64,000 bases of DNA from Eledone cirrhosa. Taxonomy: Eukaryota. Made by a program: the position numbers and the translations under genes. Where the stretch lies: positions 6,634,001-6,698,000 of the forward strand of contig OZ024744.1 of NCBI GenBank assembly GCA_964016885.1, in the 5' to 3' direction. The stretch's first letter is position 1. Each line of letters begins with the position of its first letter. Of the stretch, positions 55,401-64,000 are shown one piece after another. A model generated the notes under the pieces. That model saw only the letters and a list, made by a program, of their open reading frames with translations, did not search any database and was not told the DNA's origin.

Positions 55401-58400
55401 TGCACTGATGTAGGTGTGGTGCAGTAACGGTTATGTCTACTGCATTATTGCACTGAGTTAGGTGTGGTGCAGTAACGATTATGTCGACTGCAGTATTACA
55501 CTGATGTAGGTGTGGTGCAGTAACGGTTATGTCTACTGCAGTATTGCACTGATGTAGGTGTAGTGCAGTAACGGTTATGTCTACTGCAGTATTGCACTGA
55601 TGTAGGTGTGGTGCTGTAACGGTTATGTCTATTGCAGTATTGCACTGAGGTAGGTGTGGTGCAGTAACGGTTATGTCTACTGCAGTATTGCACTGATGTA
55701 GGTATGGTGCAGTAACGGTTATGTCTACTGCAGTATTGCACTTATGTAGGTGTGGTGCAGTAACGGTTATGTCTACTGCTGTATTGCACTGATGTAGGTG
55801 TGGTGCAGTAACGGTTATGTCTACCGCATTATTGCACTGATGTAGGTGTGTTGCAGTAACGGTTATGTCTAGTGCAGTATTGTACTGAGGTAGGTGTTGT
55901 GCAGTAACGGTTATTTCTACTGCAGTATTGCACTGATGTAGGTGTGGTGCAGTAACGGTTATGTCTACTGTAGTATTGCACTGAGGTAGGTGTGGTGCAG
56001 TAACGGTTATGTCTACTGCATTATTGCACTGATGTAGGTGTGGTGCAGTAACGGTTATGTCTACTGCAATATTGCACTGATGTAGGTGTGGTGCAGTACG
56101 GTTAAATCTACTGCAGTATTGCACTGATGTAGGTGTGGTGCAGTAGCGGTTATTTCTACTGCAGTATTGCACTGATGTAGATGTGGTGCACTAACGGTTA
56201 TATATACTGCAGTATTGCACTGAGGTAGTTGTGGTGCAGTAACGGTTATGTCTACTGCAATATTGCACTAGGTAGGTGTGGTGCAGTAACGATTATGTCT
56301 ACTTCAGTATTGCAATGATGTAGGTGTGGTGCAGTAACAGTTATGTCTACTGAAGTATTGCACTGATGTAGATGTGGTGCACTAACGGTTATATATACTG
56401 CAGTATTGCACTGAGGTAGTTGTGGTGCAGTGACGGTTATGTCTATTGCAGTATTGCACTGAGGTAGGTGTGGTGCAGTAACGGTTATTTCTGCTGCAGT
56501 ATTGCACTGATGTAGTTGTGGTGCAGTAACGGTTATGTCCACTGCAGTATTGTACTGATGTAGGTGTGGTGCAGTAACGGTTATGTCTACTGCAGTATTG
56601 CACTTAGGTAGGTGTGGTGCAGTAACGGTTATGTCTACTGCAGTATTGCACTGATGTAGGTGTGGTGCAGTAACGGATATTTCTACTGCAGTATTGCACT
56701 TAGGTAGGTGTGCTGCAGTAACGGTTATGTCTACTGCAGTATTGCACTGATGTAGGTGTGGTGCAGTAACGGTTATGTCTACTGCATTATTGCACTGAGT
56801 TAGGTGTGGTGCAGTAACGATTATGTCGACTGCAGTATTACACTGATGTAGGTGTGGTGCAGTAACGGTTATGTCTACTGCAGTATTGCACTGATGTAGG
56901 TGTAGTGCAGTAACGGTTATGTCTACTGCAGTATTGCACTGATGTAGGTGTGGTGCTGTAACGGTTATGTCTATTGCAGTATTGCACTGAGGTAGGTGTG
57001 GTGCAGTAACGGTTATGTCTACTGCAGTATTGCACTGAGGTAGGTGTGGTGCAGTAACGGTTATGTCTATTGCAGTATTGCACTGATGTAGGTGTGGTGC
57101 AGTAACGGTTATGTCTAGTGCAGTATTGCACTGAGGTAGGTGTGGTGCAGTAACGGTTATTTCTACTGCAGTATTGCACTGATGTAGGTGTGGTGCAGTA
57201 ACAGTTATGTCTACTGTAGTATTGCACTGAGGTAGGTGTGGTGCAGTAACGGTTATGTCTACTGCAGTATTGCACTGATGTAGGTGTGGTGCAGTAACGG
57301 TTATGTCTACTGCAGTATTCCATTGATGTAGGTGTGATGCAGTAACGGTTATGTCTACTGCAGTATTGCACTGATGTAGGTGTGGTGAAGTAGCGGTTAT
57401 TTCTACAGCAGTATTGCACTGATGTAGATGTGGTGCACTAACGGTTATGTCTACTGCAGTGTTGCACTGAGGTAGTTGTGGTGCAGTAACGGTTATGTCT
57501 ACTGTAGTATTGCACTGAGGTAGGTGTGGTGCAGTAACGGTTATGTCTACTGCAGTATTGCACTGATGTAGGTGTGGTGCAGTAACGGTTATGTCTACTG
57601 CAGTATTGCACTGATGTAGGGGTGATGCAGTACGGTTAAATCTACTGCAGTATTGCACTGATGTAGGTGTGGTGCAGTAGCGGATATTTCTACTGCAGTA
57701 TTGCACTGATGTAGGTGTGGTGCAGTAACGGTTATGTCTACTGCAGTATTGCACTGATGTAGGTGTGGTGCAGTAACGGTTATGTCTACTGCATTATTGT
57801 ACTGATGTAGGTATGGTGCAGTAACGGTTATGTCTACTGCAGTTTTACACTGATGTAGGTGTGGTGCAATAACGGTTATGTCTACTGCAGTATTGCACTG
57901 ATGTAGGTGTAGTGCAGTAACGGCTATGTCTACTGCAGTATTGCACTGATGTAGGTGTGGTGCTGTAACGGTTATGTCTATTGCAGTATTACACTGAGGT
58001 AGGTGTGGTGCAGTATCGGTTATGTCTACTGCAGTATTGCACTGATGTAGGTGTGGTGCAGTAACGGTTATGTCTACTGCATTATTGCACTGATGTAGGT
58101 GTGGTGCAGTAGCGGTTATTTCTACTGCAGTATTGCACTGATGTAGGTGTGGTGCAGTAACGGTTATGTCTACTGCAGTATTGCACTGATGTAGGTGTGG
58201 TGCAGTAACGGTTATTTCTACTGCAGTATTGCACTGATGTAGGTGTGGTGCAGTAACGGTTATGTCTACTGCAGTATTGCACTGATGTAGGTGTGGTGCA
58301 GTAACGGTTATGTCTACTGCATTATTGCACTGAGGTAGGTGTGGTGCAGTAACGGTTATTTCTACTGCAGTATTGCACTGATGTAGATGTGGTGCTGTAA

Positions 58401-61400
58401 CGGTTATATATACTGCAGTATTGCACTGAGGTAGTTGTGGTGCAGTAACGGTTATGTCTACTGCAATGTTGCACTAGTTAGGTGTGGTGCAGTAACGATT
58501 ATGTCTACTGCAGTATTGCACTGATGTAGGTGTGGTGCAGTAACAGTTATGTCTACTGCAGTATTGCACTGATGTAGGTGTGGTGCATTAACGGTTATGT
58601 CTACTGCAGTATTGCACTGATGTACGTGTGGTGCAGTGAAGGTTATGTCTATTGCAGTATTGCACTGAGGTAGGTGTGGTGCAGTAACGGTTATTTCTAC
58701 GGCAGTATTGCACTGATGTAGTTGTGGTGCAGTAACGGTTATGTCTACTGCAGTATTGCACTGATGTAGGTGTAGTGCAGTAACGGCTATGTCTACTGCA
58801 GTATTGCACTGATGTAGGTGTAGTGCAGTAACGGCTATGCCTACTGCAGTATTGCACTGATGTAGGTGTGGTGCTGTAACGGTTATGTCTATTGCAGTAT
58901 TACACTGAGGTAGGTGTGGTGCAGTATCGGTTATGTCTACTGCAGTATTGCACTGATGTAGGTGTGGTGCAGTAACGGTTATGTCTACTGCATTATTGCA
59001 CTGATGTAGGTGTGGTGCAGTAGCGGTTATTTCTACTGCAGTATTGCACTGATGTAGGTGTGGTGCAGTAACGGTTATGTCTACTGCAGTATTGCACTGA
59101 TGTAGGTGTGGTGCAGTAACGGTTATGTCTACTGCATTATTGCACTGATGTAGGTATGGTGCAGTAACGGTTATGTCTACTGCAGTATTACACTGATGTA
59201 GGTGTGGTGCAGTAACGGTTATGTCTACTGCAGTATTGCACTGATGTAGGTGTAGTGCAGTAACGGTTATGTCTACTGCAGTATTGCACTGATGTAGGTG
59301 TGGTGCTGTAACGGTTATGTCTATTGCAGTATTGCACTGAGGTAGGTGTGGTGCAGTAACGGTTATGTCTACTGCAGTATTGCACTGATGTAGCTATGGT
59401 GCAGTAACGGTTATGTCTACCGCATTATTGCACTGATGTAGGTGTGGTGCAGTAACGGTTATGTCTAGTGCAGTATTGCACTGAGGTAGGTGTGGTGCAG
59501 TAACGGTTATTTCTACTGCAGTATTGCACTGATGTAGGTGTGGTGCAGTAACGGTTATGTCTACTGTAGTATTGCACTGAGGTAGGTGTGGTGCAGTAAC
59601 GGTTATGTCTACTGCAGTATTGCACTGAGGTAGGTGTGGTGCAGTAACGGTTATGTCTACTGCAGTATTGCACTGATGTAGCTAAGGTGCAGTAACGGTT
59701 ATGTCAACTGCATTATTGCACTGATGTAGGTGTGGTGCAGTAACGGTTATGTCTAGTGCAGTATTGCACTGATGTAGGTGTGATGCAGTAACGGATATGT
59801 CTACTGCAGTATTGCACTGAGATAGGTGTGGTGCAGTAACGGTTATGTCTACTGCAGTATTTCACTGATGTAGGTGTGGTGCTGTAAAGTTTATGTCTAT
59901 TGCAGTATTGCACTGATGTAGGTGTGGTGCAGTAACGGTTATGTCTACTGCATTATTGCACTGATGTAGATGTGGTGCAGTAACGGTTATGTCTACTGCA
60001 GTATTGCACTGAGATAGGTGTGGTGCATTAACGGTTATGTCTACTGCAGTATTGCACTGATGTAGGTGTGGTGCAGTAACAGTTATGTCTACTGAAGTAT
60101 TGCACTGATGTAGATGTGGTGCACTAACGGTTATATATACTGCAGTATTGCACTGAGGTAGTTGTGGTGCAGTGACGGTTATGTCTATTGCAGTATTGCA
60201 CTGAGGTAGGTGTGGTGCAGTAACGGTTATTTCTGCTGCAGTATTGCACTGATGTAGTTGTGGTGCAGTAACGGTTATGTCTACTGCAGTATTGCACTGA
60301 GGTAAATGTGGTGCAGTAACGGTTATGTCTACTGCATTATTGTACTGATGTAGGTGTGGTGCAGTAACGGTTATGTCTACTGCAGTATTGCACTTAGGTA
60401 GGTGTGGTGCAGTAACAGTTATGTCTACTGCAGTATTGCACTTAGGTAGGTGTGGTGCAGTAACGGTTATGTCTACTGCAGTATTGCACTGATGTAGGTG
60501 TGGTGCAGTAACGGATATTTCTACTGCAGTATTGCACTTAGGTAGGTGTGGTGCAGTAACGGTTATGTCAACTGCAGTATTGCACTGATGTAGGAGTGGT
60601 GCAGTAACGGTTATGTCTACTGCAGTATTGCACTGAGTTAGGTGTGGTGCAGTAACGATTATGTCGACTGCAGTATTACACTGATGTAGGTGTGGTGCAG
60701 TAACGGTTATGTCTACTGCAGTATTGCACTGATGTAGGTGTAGTGCAGTAACGGTTATGTCTACTGCAGTATTGCACTGATGTAGGTGTGGTGCTGTAAC
60801 GGTTATGTCTATTGCAGTATTGCACTGAGGTAGGTGTGGTGCAGTAACGGTTATGTCTACTGCAGTATTGCACTGATGTAGGTATGGTGCAGTAACGGTT
60901 ATGTCTACTGCAGTATTGCACTGATGTAGGTGTGGTGCAGTAACGGTTATGTCTACTGCTGTATTGCACTGATGTAGGTGTGGTGCAGTAACGGTTATGT
61001 CTACCGCATTATTGCACTGATGTAGGTGTGTTGCAGTAACGGTTATGTCTAGTGCAGTATTGCACTGAGGTAGGTGTTGTGCAGTAACGGTTATTTCTAC
61101 TGCAGTGCACTGATGTAGGTGTGGTGCAGTAACGGTTATGTCTACTGTAGTATTGCACTGAGGTAGGTGTGGTGCAGTAACGGTTATGTCTACTGCAGTA
61201 GTGCACTGATGTAGGTGTGGTGCAGTAACGGTTATGTCTACTGCAATATTGCACTGATGTAGGTGTGGTGCAGTACGGTTAAATCTACTGCAGTATTGCA
61301 CTGATGTAGGTGTGGTGCAGTAGCGGTTATTTCTACTGCAGTATTGCACTGACGTAGATGTGGTGCACTAACGGTTATGTCTACTGCAGTATTGCACTGA

Positions 61401-61548
61401 TGTAGGTGTGGTGCAGTAACGATTATGTCTACTTCAGTATTGCAATGATGTAGGTGTGGTGCAGTAACAGTTATGTCTACTGCAGTATTGCACTGCTGTA
61501 GGTGTGGTGCAGTAACGGTTATGTCTACTGCAGTATTGCACTGATGTA
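46263..61548. repeat. Apparently identical tandem duplication, period 7622 bp (46263-53926 vs 53885-61548)
   Basis: All ORFs from 46761 to 53632 recur identically at +7622. Private variants are shared (CGGTTCTG ~47236/54858, GGCTATGCC ~51218/58840, GCTAAGG ~52062/59684). Boundaries are set by 46262 T vs 53884 G and 53927 G vs 61549 C. Confidence 0.94.
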
Positions 61549-64000
61549 CGTGTGGTGCAGTGAAGGTTATGTCTATTGCAATATTGCACTGAGGTAGGTG
61601 TGGTGCAGTAACGGTTATTTCTACTGCAGTATTGCACTGATGTAGTTGTGGTGCAGTAACGGTTATGTCTACTGCAGTATTGCACTGAGGTAAATGTGGT
61701 GCAGTAACGGTTATGTCTACTGCATTATTGCACTGATGTAGGTGTGGTGCAGTAACGGTTATGTCTACTGCAGTATTGCACTTAGGTAGGTGTGGTGCAG
61801 TAACAGTTATGTCTACTGCAGTATTGCACTTAGGTAGGTGTGGTGCAGTAACGGTTATGTCTACTGCAGTATTGCACTGATGTAGGTGTGGTGCAGTAAC
61901 GGATATTTCTACTGCAGTTTTGCACTTAGGTAGGTGTGGTGCAGTAACGGTTATGTCTACTGCAGTATTGCACTGATGTAGGTGTGGTGCAGTAACGGTT
62001 ATTCTACTGCAGTATTGCACTGATGTAGGTGTGGTGCAGTAACGGTTATTTCTACTGCAGTATTGCACTGATGTAGGTGTGGTGCAGTAACGGTTATGTC
62101 TACTGCAGTATTGCACTGATGTAGGTGTGGTGCAGTAACGGTTATGTCTACTGCTGTATTGCACTGATGTAGGTGTGTTGAAGTAGCGGTTATTTCTACA
62201 GCAGTATTGCACCGATGTAAATGTGGTGCACTAACGGTTATGTATACTGCAGTGTTGCACTGAGGTAGTTGTGATGCAGTAACGGTTATGTCTACTGCAA
62301 TATTGCACGAGGTAGGTGTGGTGCAGTAACGATTATGTCTACTGCAGTATTGCACTGATGTAGGTGTGGTGCATTAACGGTTATTCTACTGCAGTATTGC
62401 ACTGATGTAGGTGTGGTGCAGTAACGGTTATTTCTACTGCAGTATTGCACTGATGTAGGTGTGGTGCAGTAACGGTTATGTCTACTGCAGTATTGCACTG
62501 ATGTAGGTGTGGTGCAGTAACGGTTATGTCTACTGCAGTATTACACTGATGTAGGTGTGGTGCAGTAACGATTATGTCGACTGCAGTATTGCACTGAGGT
62601 AGGTGTGGTGCAGTAACAGTTATTTCTACTGCAGTATTCCACTGAGGTAGGTGTGGTACAGTAACGGTTATGTCTACTGAAGTATTGCACTGATGTAGGT
62701 GTGGTGCAGTAACGGTTATGTCTACTGCAGTATTGCACTGATGTAGGTGTGGTGCAGTAACGGTTATGTCTACTGCAGTATTGCACTGATGTAGGTGTGG
62801 TGCAATAACGGTTATGTCTACTGCATTATTGTACTGATGTAGGTGTGGTGCAGTAACGGTTATGTCTAGTGCAGTATTGCACTGAGGTAGGTGTGGTGCA
62901 GTAACGGATATTTCTACTGCAGTATTGCACTGATGTAGGTGTGGTGCAGTAACGGTTATGTCTACTGTAGTATTGCACTGAGGTAGGTGTGGTGCAGTAA
63001 CGGTTATATCTACTGCATTATTGCACTGATGTAGGTGTGGTGCAGTAACGGTTATGTCTACTGCAGTATTGCACTGATGTAGGTGTGGTGCAGTAACGGT
63101 TATGTCTACTGCATTATTGCACTGATGTAGGTATGGTGCAGTAACGGTTATGTCTACTGCAGTATTACACTGATGTAGGTGTGGTGCAGTAACGGTTATG
63201 TCTACTGCAGTATTGCACTGATGTAGGTGTAGTGCAGTAACGGCTATGTCTACTGCAGTATTGCACTGATGTAGGTGTGGTGCTGTAACGGTTATGTCTA
63301 TTGCAGTATTACACTGAGGTAGGTGTGGTGCAGTAACGGTTATGTCTACTGCAGTATTGCACTGATGTAGGTGTGGTGCAGTAACGGTTATGTCTACTGC
63401 ATTATTGCACTGATGTAGGTGTGGTGCAGTAACGGTTATGTCTACTGCAGTATTACACTGATGTAGGTGTGGTGCAGTAACGGTTATGTCTATTGCAGTA
63501 TTGCACTGATGTAGGTGTAGTGCAGTAACGGTTATGTCTACTGCAGTATTGCACTGATGTAGGTGTGGTGATGTAACGGTTATGTCTATTGCAGTATTGC
63601 ACTGAGGTAGGTGTGGTGCAGTAACGGTTATGTCTACTGCAGTATTGCACTGATGTAGGTATGGTGCAGTAACGGTTATGTCTACTGTAGTATTGCACTG
63701 ATGTAGGTGTGATGCAGTAACGGATATGTCTACTGCAGTATTGCACTGACATAGGTGTGGTGCAGTAACGGTTATGTCTACTGCAGTATTTCACTGATGT
63801 AGGTGTGGTGCAGTAACGGTTAAGTCTACTGCAGTATTGCACTGAAGTAAGTGTGGTGCAGTAACGGTTATGTCTACTGCAGTATTGCACTGATGTAGGT
63901 GTGGTGCAGTAACAGTTATGTCTACTGCAGTATTGCACTGATGTAGGTGTGGTGCTGTAAAGGTTATGTCTATTGCAGTATTGCACTGATGTAGGTGTGG

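Larger units (their letters stand above)
1..64000. repeat. 48-bp tandem satellite DNA array (~1,330 monomers, single orientation), running off both window edges
   Basis: The consensus GTATTGCACTGATGTAGGTGTGGTGCAGTAACGGTTATGTCTACTGCA recurs every 48 bp from the first to the last base (e.g. 241-288). Monomers mostly differ by 0-3 substitutions and occasional 1-3 bp indels. Every listed ORF has 16-aa periodicity. Confidence 0.99.

Noticed and set aside
638-63986. Numerous minus-strand ORFs of 61-544 aa as real CDS
   Set aside because: They are translations of the 48-bp repeat. They overlap in two frames, mostly start at the repeat-internal GTG, switch frame at 1-bp indels and contain no unique domain.
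1-64000. CRISPR array (partly palindromic repeat of similar size)
   Set aside because: Monomers abut directly with no unique spacers, and there is no leader or cas gene.
1-64000. tRNA, rRNA or other structured RNA gene array
   Set aside because: The 48-bp unit shows no cloverleaf, no clear Pol III A/B boxes and no rRNA similarity; it has only short hairpins.
1-64000. Mobile element (MITE, Helitron, LTR) or variant-cassette antigenic-variation system
   Set aside because: No termini, target-site duplications, transposase, recombinase or expression locus are visible, and the variant patterns are explained by nested duplication.

Overview
The whole 64 kb window is one uninterrupted, head-to-tail satellite array of a 48-bp monomer (+ strand consensus GTATTGCACTGATGTAGGTGTGGTGCAGTAACGGTTATGTCTACTGCA; about 1,330 copies; 22/48 G+C, 31/48 G+T). 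I see no unique sequence, inversion, transposon, RNA gene, CRISPR spacer or credible protein gene. The ORF track arises because 48 is divisible by 3 and two minus-strand frames of the consensus have no stop codon. The informative structure lies in the variant monomers, which act as barcodes. They reveal nested duplications with offsets of 143, 527, 1102, 1630/1869, 1867/2587, ~4.1-4.2 kb, 5654, 7622 and ~14-17 kb, plus several finely mappable recombination junctions. The monomer is rich in dyad symmetry and carries a PstI site and a MYB/Ovo-like motif. A eukaryotic heterochromatic origin (centromeric, pericentromeric or subtelomeric) is an inference; the organism cannot be identified from this window. 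Duplication boundaries were read by eye and from ORF-track offsets, so they are approximate.
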